DNA of 64,000 nt from Lentisphaeria bacterium (GTDB lineage: Bacteria; Verrucomicrobiota; Lentisphaeria; JABSQK01; JAWLHB01): positions 35,729 through 99,728 of the forward strand of contig JAWLHB010000027.1 in NCBI GenBank assembly GCA_041690595.1, in the 5' to 3' direction. Below are positions 27,113 to 36,733 of this stretch, in pieces. How positions within the stretch are numbered: the first letter of the stretch is position 1; every line of letters begins with the position of its first letter. A model generated the notes under the pieces. It saw only the letters and a program-made list of their open reading frames with translations. It ran no database searches and was not told the DNA's origin. The translations under genes were made by a program, and so were the position numbers.

Positions 27113-29499
27113 CGGGTGGCGATCGTCGTGGTGAGGGTTTGGACGATGGGGATGCATTCACCGCAGCAGACCAGCGTGCCGGAGACGCCGTGGGGGAGCG
27201 TGACGGCTACCTCCACGTGCTGAGGCGACAGGTGTTCCCAGGCGACGGTAACCTGTCCCTGTGGGATGCGGCAGGTGTGCGAAAAGCTGGGGAATGCCGC
27301 GAAGGCGGGTTCGAGGCGCAGCGTTGCGTAGCCGCATGTGGTTGGCTGAAGGCCGATGATGCCGCGGCGGAGAAGGTAGGGGAGTGGGGCGCTCCATGCA
27401 TGATTCAGGGAGTCATGGTTCTCGCCGCCAAAGGCTTCCCAGGTGGAGGTGGCGCCGCGCTCGAGCATGGGTATCCAGTGGGGGCGGATGGTTTCCACCG
27501 CAAGGGGAAGCAGGCCGAGGTGGCTGAGCGCTTCGCAGATGAAGAAGTAGGTGTACGGGGTCCCCTGGGAGATCCATGGATAACGCTCGGTATCGACGAG
27601 GCGCCGCATGGCTTCATGAGCGTCGGCGCCGGTAAGGACGCCGGTCATCACGCCCATGCAATTGACGATCTGGGAGACGTTGACGTGGTGCTGCTCTTCG
27701 TGCCAGGCATCGGCAAGGAGCCCCTGGTCGGGGATGAAGAAGCGCTCTCGCAGGCGGTGCTGCATGGCCTGGATCTCTTCGGTGAGGTTGCTCTGCCGTC
27801 CGGTCTGGCGGTAGAGGACGTCGAGTGCCTGGAGGGCTTGCAGATAGAAGAGGTTGATGCCGCAGTTGTAGTCGCTGCGGTCGATGCCGGTGGTGGTGCG
27901 GGGATGCCAGCCGAGGCCGGGATGGTCGAGGAAGAGCAAGGGGGCGCGAAAGCCGCTGGTTTCCGGCGCAGGCTGACCGAGCTTGATGAATCCGCTGTCG
28001 TCGATGAGCCGGCGGAAATCCTCGACAATTGCCTCGGCGGTGGCGAGGTTACGGTCGACGACAGCCCGGTCGCCGGTGTACGCATGATATCGGCGGAGGA
28101 AGTCGACGGCGATAAGGCAATAATCGTGGAGCGGGGCGCCGAGGCCGTAGATGCTGGCGTTGAGGGTGCCGAGCGCTGCATACTCTTCGGTCATGGCATC
28201 GCACATCTGGCCAAGATGGGCGAAGTTGCCGGTGAGATGACCGACGGAATCGAGTATCCACAGGTTGTCTCCCCAATACGCGCCTTGCTCGCGGGTGTTG
28301 CAGTCGTAGGAGAGGGCCTGGGTATTGAGCATCAGGCTACGGCGGGAGATGGCGTAGATCATCTCCATGACGGGATCGGCCGCGAAGCTGTCGGTGAAGT
28401 CGAGATCGGCGCGGCAATGATGGGTGGTGACACGGTGTACGATTGCCGTGCCCTCCAGATCCTTGACGGTCAGGTAGATGTAGCGATGCCCATTGAAGTG
28501 GTAGAAGCGGCATCGGTTGAGCCCGGGTTGAAGGTGAAACCGGGCAAAATAGAGGCCGCCGTTGCGCCAGGTATTGGGGCGCCCGTGACGCAGGGCCTCG
28601 GCGAGGCTCAGGTCGAGGGTGCAGGGAGAGTCGACCGTGATCTGGAAGCTGATGTCGCCGGCGCACATGCGCTGCATGTCGTAGAGGATGCCATAGCCTG
28701 GGTCGCCGCGCCTCCGGCGCAGGTGCAGGAGGCCGCCGCGGGTCATCTGGTAACGCTCCTGATCCCAGGCGGGGCGCACATGTTCGTGGTCGAGGCGTAC
28801 GGGGGTGTCCTGCAGGTTGTAGACCTCGCCGTTGAGCCGAAAGATGGCGATGGGCAGGGGAGCATCCTCGGTGCGCCAGCGGAGCGGGGGGAGTTCGCGG
28901 GCGCGAAACTGGATCCGGCCTGCTTCGACCAGCGTTGGGGTGTGGCCGGTTGCGAGGATGGCGTCGACTGGCGGCGGTTCCCCGAGGGCGTAGTCCTCGC
29001 CCGCCAGCGCGCACAGGACTGGGAAGCTCTCGTCGGCAACGCTGATGCACTCGACGTGTTCGATCGCCCAGTTCTTGCGAGGCGTTTGTGGCTCCCACGC
29101 GGAGAGGCGCCAGCATGTCCAATCCAAGTCGGTGACGATGGGGGCTGCGTCGCCGATGGCGAGAGTGGCGATGAGACCGGGTCGATCGGCGGTGTTGTAT
29201 TTGACGGTGACGCCGACGAAGTGGGCGAGGATGAAGAGCGTGTTGCGTCCCTCGGTGAGCCATGGGCCAAGGTCATACCTGTCGACGCGGCAGATAGGCT
29301 TGCGGAAAGGGACGGGGCCGGCATTGACAAAACGGCCGTTTACGTAGAGCTTGTACTTGGTATCGGCGAAGATCGATAGCGTGACAGGCGCCGCGCCGGG
29401 CGGCAGGGAGAATTGGCGGGCAAAGCCGACGTAGCTGTTGGGCTCAGCATCGCCAAGCCAGATCCATTGCGCCTGCTCGGGCATGATGGTGTCGTGCAT
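27109..29499 (-). CDS. Alpha-L-rhamnosidase, glycoside hydrolase family 78
   Basis: N-terminal MPEQAQWIWLGD plus size and six-hairpin-like C-terminal region typical of GH78. No signal peptide. Confidence 0.6.
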   Translation of the reverse strand: MHDTIMPEQAQWIWLGDAEPNSYVGFARQFSLPPGAAPVTLSIFADTKYKLYVNGRFVNAGPVPFRKPICRVDRYDLGPWLTEGRNTLFILAHFVGVTVKYNTADRPGLIATLAIGDAAPIVTDLDWTCWRLSAWEPQTPRKNWAIEHVECISVADESFPVLCALAGEDYALGEPPPVDAILATGHTPTLVEAGRIQFRARELPPLRWRTEDAPLPIAIFRLNGEVYNLQDTPVRLDHEHVRPAWDQERYQMTRGGLLHLRRRRGDPGYGILYDMQRMCAGDISFQITVDSPCTLDLSLAEALRHGRPNTWRNGGLYFARFHLQPGLNRCRFYHFNGHRYIYLTVKDLEGTAIVHRVTTHHCRADLDFTDSFAADPVMEMIYAISRRSLMLNTQALSYDCNTREQGAYWGDNLWILDSVGHLTGNFAHLGQMCDAMTEEYAALGTLNASIYGLGAPLHDYCLIAVDFLRRYHAYTGDRAVVDRNLATAEAIVEDFRRLIDDSGFIKLGQPAPETSGFRAPLLFLDHPGLGWHPRTTTGIDRSDYNCGINLFYLQALQALDVLYRQTGRQSNLTEEIQAMQHRLRERFFIPDQGLLADAWHEEQHHVNVSQIVNCMGVMTGVLTGADAHEAMRRLVDTERYPWISQGTPYTYFFICEALSHLGLLPLAVETIRPHWIPMLERGATSTWEAFGGENHDSLNHAWSAPLPYLLRRGIIGLQPTTCGYATLRLEPAFAAFPSFSHTCRIPQGQVTVAWEHLSPQHVEVAVTLPHGVSGTLVCCGECIPIVQTLTTTIATR

Positions 29500-29520
29500 C
29501 TCTTCTCCCCCTGAGATCGT

Positions 29521-30492
29521 TTAGTCCGCCCACGCGGCGATTGGCGTTGCGGTCAGGATCTTGTGCCAGCCGTCCGGCCCCGATGCGTCGGGCAAGAGGT
29601 CGTCGCGCAGTTCGACGATCTGGTCCATGACGATGGATTCGCCGGAGGCGACGGTCCGTAACGGGCCGTTGTGCTCGATTTCGCCAAAAGGCTGCTGCTG
29701 CCAGTCGTTACCGCCGCGCCACTTGAAGATGGTCACGGTGGCGCCGCTTTCGGGGAAGGTGGCATCGCGCGGCACGTCGACCATGGAGCGGATGACGAGG
29801 TTGTCCTTTACGTAGGCGACCCATCCGGCGGTACTGTCAGTACCGATCTTGAACCAGTTTTGCTCTGGAGGCACGGCATAGTCGACCGTCAGCGCATGCT
29901 TGCCGTAGTCGACGCATGGCTGCACGATGGAGAGGCCAGGGAAGTGAATGAGTCTGCGGGCGAAGCTCTGGTGGTTGTAGGGGAGGATGCCAATGCCGCT
30001 GTCCGGCACGGCCAGAATCGCCCAGGCGGCAAGGAGCTGAGGCTCCTCGCGAAGGTTGCGAAAGCCGTGCCGCAGCCGGAGGAGGGGCAGGGTGTCGTGC
30101 AGGGTCACCTCCATGGTCAACCGCAGGCCTGACTTGTCAATGTCCGGCGCTGCCAGTAGCTGGATGGAGCGTTCGCCGAGCCAGGTTGCCTCGGCCGGTT
30201 GCAGGGCAGGGGACTGGGAATGATCGGTGTCGCTTTCAGGTTGATGAATGCGGCTGCGCATACCGATGAGGTCAAAATCGTCCGTCACGAAGAGGGGCGA
30301 ATGGCCGCCCCTGAGGCGGAAAGCCAGAACTCTGGGATAAGGCATCGCGCAGACGAAAGCCTCCGCCCGTACATTGCGCAGCCACCAGCCATCGTGGTTG
30401 GCGTAAGTTTCGGCTTCCTGGGCATTCACCGTGATCATCGTCAGCATGAGCAGGTAGGTGAATCTACTGAATGTGGAGCGAGCGAAGCTCAT
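29521..30492 (-). CDS. Secreted hypothetical protein
   Basis: 323 aa. Signal peptide MSFARSTFSRFTYLLMLTMITVNAQEA. Overlaps the upstream gene by 29 nt. Confidence 0.5.
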   Translation of the reverse strand: MSFARSTFSRFTYLLMLTMITVNAQEAETYANHDGWWLRNVRAEAFVCAMPYPRVLAFRLRGGHSPLFVTDDFDLIGMRSRIHQPESDTDHSQSPALQPAEATWLGERSIQLLAAPDIDKSGLRLTMEVTLHDTLPLLRLRHGFRNLREEPQLLAAWAILAVPDSGIGILPYNHQSFARRLIHFPGLSIVQPCVDYGKHALTVDYAVPPEQNWFKIGTDSTAGWVAYVKDNLVIRSMVDVPRDATFPESGATVTIFKWRGGNDWQQQPFGEIEHNGPLRTVASGESIVMDQIVELRDDLLPDASGPDGWHKILTATPIAAWAD

Positions 30493-33253
30493 AGGGGTGA
30501 AGATCCAGCCTCAGTTGGTTGGCGTTGGTCGGGAGTGGAGTGGCTGTGGCCGCATCGATCAGCTTGCCGTCGAGCGGAAGAGTGATGGTGACGCCCTGCT
30601 TGTCGGTCATCCCGGTGTTGACGACCGAGAGCCAGGTGCCATGCTCCGGGGTGTCGATGCGGCGAATCACGACTTGATCATCGCTGGCCGCGCCTGGAAC
30701 AAGGCTGCTGGGCAGGGCCGGCAGGGAGAGGAAGGCGAGGTTGAAACGGCGCACGTAGTCGGGAAAGCCGCGGGCATGGTTGCCGCCAAGCAGATAGCCG
30801 ATCATGGTTGGATCGCCCTTGGCCATTGCCACCGCCTCGGCCATCATGCAGTATGGGCCCGCACGCTCCACATCGGTGACGAAGTAGCCGACTTTGGGCT
30901 GGTCGTGCACGTCGAACATCATGTTCTCGTTGAGGGAATAGTGCCGTATGATGGCGAGGCCGGCCGGAGAGCGGAAGGCGTCGAAGGTGGTCGCGGAGGC
31001 CACGGTATAGAGGCGATTGAAGGCGTGGGTGAGCAGGACACCTTCGACGTTCTTGTAGTTTTGCGGGTCGGATGGGGGCGCGAGGTGCTGCCACTCCCAC
31101 TCGCCCCAGGTTCTGGCGGGCGAGAGGAGGGCGGTAAGATAGGCGTTGGATTGGATGACCTGATCGACGGTGACCGGCGTCAATTGACGGTTGCCCTCCT
31201 GGTGAAGGGGCTTCACCAGCAGCTCCGCCCAGCTTTCCGGATCGTCGGTGACCAGCCGCGAGAGGGAATCCGCGAAAGAGATGCCCGGCTCGTTGGGGCT
31301 TGCCGTGTAGAGCATGAAGGCATCTGGATTGACGTTGTTGCCGCGCAGATGGTCCCGCATGGCAACGAGAAAGTCTCGCCGCTTGCCGAACCACCAGGCG
31401 TAGTAATCTTGAAGGAGTTTCTCGTCATCGAGCAGATGGCGCCGGGTGACGCCCCCCTCGAGGCCGAGCAGCGTTTCATCGGCAAAGCGCTGGAGAGTAG
31501 CTGGTGCGAAGGACATGGGCATCTGGCCGCGATTGCGCAGCCAGGCACCGACGAAGTTGCCGGCATTGCGATGGCGGATGATGGTATGGTCGAGCATCTT
31601 CCGGAAATCGTCCCAGGTATCGGGGTCGGTGAGGTCGACGTTGTACTTGTCGCGCCAGGCGATGTGGGTATAATCGCCATCGCGGGTAAGGGGAATGGCG
31701 CGACGCTGGTTGCCAAGTCCCTGCTGGCCTTTGCTGCCGGAATATTCGTAGTAAGGGAGAAGGTTGAAGCCTTCTTCTCCCATGAGGGTGACGATGCGTC
31801 CCCACAGGTCCTTGTGGTACGCATTGAAGTGGACCCACTGGTTGCCGCCACCGGGAGTGGAATCCCAGTGCTGACAGGCGCCAAACTCGAGCAGATCCTT
31901 GGCAAAGGTGTTGATGCCGAGCACGTGCATCTGGGTCGCCTTGTAGCGGTACCAATCGAGAGGTTCGTCGAGGCCCCGTTCGAGGCTCTTCTCGCTGCCG
32001 ATAAGGCCATCGGCCATTTCCTCGCGCCAGAAGATGTGGCGCTGGGGAAGGCCTTCTGGCGGCAGGTTTGGACGCACATGCAGAGCCTGGATATCCGGTA
32101 CGGCAAAAAGGCGAATGCGAGAGACGGCGGCGCCGTGCGAGAGAGGGATGTTGCGGGCGTTGAACTGGGCGATGGTAACGAGGAAGCCGTCTTCGGGCGT
32201 TTCCGGCCGTTCCTGGGAGCCGCGAATGAAGGCATGATCGGGGAAACGATCGTGCAACTGGAAGAGCATGGTCCAGCTCTCGTACTTGCCGGACAGAGGC
32301 ACGCGGAGGGATTCAGGCAGATTGTTGACGTATTTCGGGTGGAGGGCATCGCCAACGGTGCTGCCGGTGTGGAAGGTGCGTGAGCTTTCATTGGCGCTGG
32401 TCATGACGGTGACGGTGCGCGGGGCATCCTCGGGATAGTCGATTGCCAGCACGTAAGCCTGGCCAGGGAGGAGCGGCTTGAGCCTGCCGATGCGGTAGGA
32501 GAAGAAGGCGGCCTCGCTGTCGCTTTTCAAGAGGACGCGGCATGGGCGCCCGAGGATGGTCTGAACTTCACTTCCTCTGGCGGGATCTTCCAGTTCGGGG
32601 GGCGTGGCGGCGCAGTCGATTTCATCCACCAGGTAGACTTCGGTGAAGGGGGTACCAAGGTCCGTGGGGCCGCGCTTCTTCATCTCGGCGCGGGCCGTTG
32701 CCAAGGCGGCTTCTCGGGCGGCCCGAGCCGATTCCTCGGCGGCTCGCTTTGCCTGCAGTTCCTGGAAGGCTTCGGGGGTGTATTCATAGAGCGCGATCTC
32801 GGAAAAGTTGGCGCCGGGGCTCATCTTGGTGAGGCGCAGGTATCGAGTGGTGCCGTTGATGGGGATCTGCGCCCACTTCTGATAGCTGCCGCAGTCGTAG
32901 GACGCCACCTCCTGCCAGTTCTCCGGCTCGCCGATCGAGATAACCACATCGCCCTTGTCGTTGGTATCGAAGAGCCAAAGGCTGGACAGGTGCCTCGCGG
33001 TGCCAAAATCGAGATGAACGGAAGAGGGGTAGTGATCCTTGAATTGGTGGCCGAGCACATAGGTCGACGTTGGCTTGCCGACGGGTGGCCCGACAATCAG
33101 GCGCTGCTCGTCGATCAGCTTCTCCGCGGAACCGAAGCCTGATTCGTTGACGAGCATCGGCGCACTCAGGTCTATGCGTGCTTCCTGCGCCTGCACCGTG
33201 AGCAGGACCGTGGCGAGGAGGGCGGGTAGCAGCGTCCGGAGGCGATTACGCAT
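30464..33253 (-). CDS. Secreted large protein with N-terminal F5/8 type C (discoidin/CBM32-like) domain; putative glycoside hydrolase
   Basis: Signal peptide (LLPALLATVLLTVQAQEA). Discoidin-like segment (VLGHQF...VHLDFGTARHLSSLWLFD...RYLRLTK). Remainder unassigned. Confidence 0.5.
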   Translation of the reverse strand: MRNRLRTLLPALLATVLLTVQAQEARIDLSAPMLVNESGFGSAEKLIDEQRLIVGPPVGKPTSTYVLGHQFKDHYPSSVHLDFGTARHLSSLWLFDTNDKGDVVISIGEPENWQEVASYDCGSYQKWAQIPINGTTRYLRLTKMSPGANFSEIALYEYTPEAFQELQAKRAAEESARAAREAALATARAEMKKRGPTDLGTPFTEVYLVDEIDCAATPPELEDPARGSEVQTILGRPCRVLLKSDSEAAFFSYRIGRLKPLLPGQAYVLAIDYPEDAPRTVTVMTSANESSRTFHTGSTVGDALHPKYVNNLPESLRVPLSGKYESWTMLFQLHDRFPDHAFIRGSQERPETPEDGFLVTIAQFNARNIPLSHGAAVSRIRLFAVPDIQALHVRPNLPPEGLPQRHIFWREEMADGLIGSEKSLERGLDEPLDWYRYKATQMHVLGINTFAKDLLEFGACQHWDSTPGGGNQWVHFNAYHKDLWGRIVTLMGEEGFNLLPYYEYSGSKGQQGLGNQRRAIPLTRDGDYTHIAWRDKYNVDLTDPDTWDDFRKMLDHTIIRHRNAGNFVGAWLRNRGQMPMSFAPATLQRFADETLLGLEGGVTRRHLLDDEKLLQDYYAWWFGKRRDFLVAMRDHLRGNNVNPDAFMLYTASPNEPGISFADSLSRLVTDDPESWAELLVKPLHQEGNRQLTPVTVDQVIQSNAYLTALLSPARTWGEWEWQHLAPPSDPQNYKNVEGVLLTHAFNRLYTVASATTFDAFRSPAGLAIIRHYSLNENMMFDVHDQPKVGYFVTDVERAGPYCMMAEAVAMAKGDPTMIGYLLGGNHARGFPDYVRRFNLAFLSLPALPSSLVPGAASDDQVVIRRIDTPEHGTWLSVVNTGMTDKQGVTITLPLDGKLIDAATATPLPTNANQLRLDLHPYELRSLHIQ

Positions 33254-34325
33254 GGGAACACCTTGTTGTTAGCTGTGGCGCATGAGGAGATGCGACGCTT
33301 TTTCGTGGGAGAAGGCGGGGCTGAATGAGGGTATTGACGGGAGGATCGGTGCAGCCGTCAAGGCAGCGTCGGCGAACCGCATGGAGAAGCGCGTTGGCGA
33401 TGGCGGCGGAGTCGTGGTGCATGGAGGTAAGGGGCGGACAGGCCCAGGCGCTGTAGGGCATGTCGTCGCATCCAATGATGCTGACACCGTCTGGAATCGC
33501 CATGCCGTGCTGCCAGAGTTCATTGATGGCGCCATAGGCAATCGTGTCGCTGATGGAGAAGATGGCGGACGGGCGAGGTTTGGGCAGGTTCAAGTACTCT
33601 CGCACCATGCGTTGACCGCTTTCGGGCGTGAAGACGCCGGTGAAGACGCGGATCGCCTCGGGATCGCCCCCCAGCTTCTGCCAGAAATGGCGGAAGCCGG
33701 CTACACGGCTTGCGCCGACGCCCATCTCGACCTGGAAAATCGCGGCGCTGCGGTGGCCATTCTCCCAGAGGTGGTGCGCAGCCAGGCGACCGACAGCCAC
33801 ATCGTCGATGCTGATGGTGTCACACAAGGGATGATCCATTGCGCCCAGCAAGAGAACGGGAACAGGAGCGAGGCGGACGACTTTGGTCACGACGTCGGCG
33901 CCCACGCGGCAGAGGACCACGGCATCGGCCCGACCTTCGCAGACGCCACGGTATAGCGACTCCATGAGTTGGGGGCGTTCGTAAGCGACCAACTCGAAAC
34001 TGATGCCGGTTTCCGCTTCGCGCTCAGCCAACTCGGCCAGGACGTTGGTGGGCAGGCCGAGATCGGCATAGACGGTATGGAGGTCTGGGCACAAGTAGAG
34101 TACCCTGAGTTTGGAGCCATCGATGCGGGAATTGCGTTGCGGATGGTAATCCACGGCAATGCTCTGTTCGAAGATGCGCTGCCGAGTGGCGGGGGAAATG
34201 GCCATTTCCGTGCGGCCGCGCAGAACAAAGGATACGGCGGTATGACTCACACCGCAGGCGGTGGCGATCTCCTGCATTGTCACTCCAGAACGTTCCAAGG
34301 TGCGTCGTCGGTTGGACATGGTCAT
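33246..34325 (-). CDS. LacI-family transcriptional regulator (copy 1)
   Basis: N-terminal HTH (VTMQEIATACGVSHTAVSFVL) and periplasmic-binding-like core. Stop overlaps the downstream gene start by 8 nt. Confidence 0.9.
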   Translation of the reverse strand: MTMSNRRRTLERSGVTMQEIATACGVSHTAVSFVLRGRTEMAISPATRQRIFEQSIAVDYHPQRNSRIDGSKLRVLYLCPDLHTVYADLGLPTNVLAELAEREAETGISFELVAYERPQLMESLYRGVCEGRADAVVLCRVGADVVTKVVRLAPVPVLLLGAMDHPLCDTISIDDVAVGRLAAHHLWENGHRSAAIFQVEMGVGASRVAGFRHFWQKLGGDPEAIRVFTGVFTPESGQRMVREYLNLPKPRPSAIFSISDTIAYGAINELWQHGMAIPDGVSIIGCDDMPYSAWACPPLTSMHHDSAAIANALLHAVRRRCLDGCTDPPVNTLIQPRLLPRKSVASPHAPQLTTRCSHA

Positions 34326-34465
34326 TCTCTGCGCAAGTTGGCGTGAGGTGTTAACGATAGAGCCTGCAGGTTAGGCGATACGCCAATGGACGTCCCTTGG
34401 CTGCCTGAAGTCCTGGAGCAGGTAGCGCCGCCGGTAGAGAAGCGGCCGCCGCGCGGATGGATTGA

Positions 34466-35296
34466 TCAGTACTCGTCGATCCAGTAATCCCAAGGGGAGT
34501 GCTTCGGCGTTCCCCCGCCGCTGCCCAAGTGGAAACTGCTGTAAGGACCTGAGACGATGTTCTGGCGTTGGTGAGCGGTGTACATGTGGGACCGGAGCAC
34601 CTTTACATGGTTGTCCTTGAAGACGGTGGGGCGGGTGCCCTGCATGAAGTCTATCGAGTGCCAACTGGCGGCGCCGATGCTGTTGCCGGTCGACGTAGGA
34701 TTGTTCCAGACGGGCATGTACCCTTTGGCCGAGGCGCGCCGCGAACACCACTGATAGGGGGTTTGATCCGGGCGGCTGTAGTTGTTGATGGCAAAAGCCT
34801 GGGGAATAACTACCTTGGTGGTGTCGGGCATGGTGACTTTGGCATTCTGGGCATGATAGTAGTAGCCTTCGTAGGAGTTTGTTGCGTAAGAACTCCACTG
34901 GCCCCCGTGATTGTACTTGCCCCCCTCGTGCACCGGATCCCACTGTACGGGGGAGGTAGGGCAGACGAAGATGGGGCCGCCAGCGGTGAGGTGAAGCGCC
35001 GGTGGCTCGAAATACCCGGTGTAGTCGGAGAGCGAGCGCTCCAGCCCTTTGTGCATTGGTCCCGTATCACCCCAGCCGCCATCCACAGCTTTCCAAACAG
35101 GGAGAAAGTGGCTGTTGTCTTCCGTATAGAGGAAGACATAGGTGCCGATCTGTTTCAGGTTGTTGATGCAGGTCGATTGTCGCGCCGCTTCCCTCGCCTT
35201 GCTCAGCGCCGGCAGCAGCATTGATGCAAGGACAGCGATTATGGCAACCACAACGAGTAGCTCGATCAGCGTAAAGGCGGATATCTGCTTCTTCAT
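34466..35296 (-). CDS. Prepilin-type N-terminal cleavage/methylation domain protein, DUF1559 (H-X9-DG) pseudopilin-like
   Basis: [51 protein letters not shown] is the classic PVC-group DUF1559 N-terminus. Alternative start 35311. Confidence 0.85.
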   Translation of the reverse strand: MKKQISAFTLIELLVVVAIIAVLASMLLPALSKAREAARQSTCINNLKQIGTYVFLYTEDNSHFLPVWKAVDGGWGDTGPMHKGLERSLSDYTGYFEPPALHLTAGGPIFVCPTSPVQWDPVHEGGKYNHGGQWSSYATNSYEGYYYHAQNAKVTMPDTTKVVIPQAFAINNYSRPDQTPYQWCSRRASAKGYMPVWNNPTSTGNSIGAASWHSIDFMQGTRPTVFKDNHVKVLRSHMYTAHQRQNIVSGPYSSFHLGSGGGTPKHSPWDYWIDEY

Positions 35297-35361
35297 GTTG
35301 CTTTTTCCCATGTCATAGCTTTTTCCTTTAGATGATCCATCCAAGCTCCCTGTGTAGCTTG

Positions 35362-35388
35362 CCTAACAATAGGATATACATTGTTAGG
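35362..35388. promoter_or_regulatory. Inverted repeat CCTAACAAT-N9-ATTGTTAGG ~70-90 nt upstream of the pseudopilin gene; candidate operator
   Basis: Perfect 9-nt arms read directly from the sequence. Confidence 0.3.
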
Positions 35389-35593
35389 TGGCGTGTCAAG
35401 GCAATTTTCTTCGATTATCGCGGAAACATTCGAAAACTGCTGTTCATGGAGGGAGAACAGCCTCAAATTCTGTGAGATGACTTTTCTTCTGCACTCTTCT
35501 TCCGTCGCAATTTTAGCTTGGGGAAACGCTCCGCCTCATCACCGCGGAAGGAGACGGTCTCTTCATTAGTCACGCCAGGAGTAGATTGGCGCG

Positions 35594-36637
35594 TCAGGTT
35601 GCAAGGTGTTGAACGCTGCAGCGTGGGACGAGGTGCGGTGGGATAGGGATACGGACGGGTGGAGCTTGCTGAGCGTTCATGCAGCGGGCCCGAACGCAGT
35701 TGATGATGGCGTCGGCGAAGGCGCTGGTGTCGAGGTGGATGGACGTGAGGGAAGGGCAGGTCCAGCCGCTGTATGGCAGGTCGTCGCATCCCATGATGCT
35801 GAGATCCCCGGGTATGGCGATGCCGCGGCGCCAGAGGGTGTGGATGGCGCCATAGGCGATAGTGTCACTGACGGCGAATATGGCGGTGGGGCGGGGCTCG
35901 GGAAGCATCAGGTACTCATTAATCATCATCTGGCCACTGTCGGGGACAAAAGCTCCGGTGAAAGCTTGGACAGCGTCTGGATCTCCTCCGAGCATTGACC
36001 AGGTACGCCGAAAGCCCTGAACGCGCTTCTCACCAACGGACATATTGACCGAGAGGATCGCGACGCGGCGATGGCCGTGCTCCCAGAGGTGCGTGGCGGC
36101 TAATTCGCCGACCGCGAGGTCGTCGAGATGTATGGAGTCGCAGACAGGTTGGTCGAGGCTTCCCATGCAGATGACGGGGATTGGGGATAGCGCGACCACC
36201 TTCTCGACGATGTCGCTGCCGACACGGCTGAGGACCACGGCATCGGCGCATCCCTCACAGATGCCACGGTAGAGGTAATCCATGAGTTGCGGGCGCTCAT
36301 ACGCGACGAGCTCGAACGAGATCCCGGTTTCCGCCTCGCGTTCGGCAAGCTCGGCAAGGACATTTGTGGGGAGGCTGAGATCCGCGTAGACGGTGCGCAG
36401 ATCGGGGCACATGTAAAGGACGCGGAGCTTTTCGGCGTCAAGGCGAGAGTTGCGCTGAGGATGATAGTCAAGAGCGATCGCCTGCTCAAGGACGCGTTGG
36501 CAGGTGGCGCTGGCAATCGCCATCTCCGTGCGCCCCCGCAGAACAAAGGAGACGGTCGTGTGGCTGACTCCGCACGCCGCGGCAATCTCCTGCATGGTAA
36601 CGCCCGAACGCTCCAGAGTGCGACGGCGATTCGTCAT
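35594..36637 (-). CDS. LacI-family transcriptional regulator (copy 2, paralogue of 33246..34325)
   Basis: Start MTNRRRTLERSGVTMQEIAAACGVSHTTVSFVL. About 75% identical to copy 1 across its length by eye. Confidence 0.9.
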   Translation of the reverse strand: MTNRRRTLERSGVTMQEIAAACGVSHTTVSFVLRGRTEMAIASATCQRVLEQAIALDYHPQRNSRLDAEKLRVLYMCPDLRTVYADLSLPTNVLAELAEREAETGISFELVAYERPQLMDYLYRGICEGCADAVVLSRVGSDIVEKVVALSPIPVICMGSLDQPVCDSIHLDDLAVGELAATHLWEHGHRRVAILSVNMSVGEKRVQGFRRTWSMLGGDPDAVQAFTGAFVPDSGQMMINEYLMLPEPRPTAIFAVSDTIAYGAIHTLWRRGIAIPGDLSIMGCDDLPYSGWTCPSLTSIHLDTSAFADAIINCVRARCMNAQQAPPVRIPIPPHLVPRCSVQHLAT

Positions 36638-36733
36638 ACTGCTACTCCACATGCTGATGCTGCTTGTGCCAAAGCGCAATCGCTCCGTGAATGGCGCTTG
36701 CAAACCGGTATCCCCATTCCCTCGAATTTCAAT

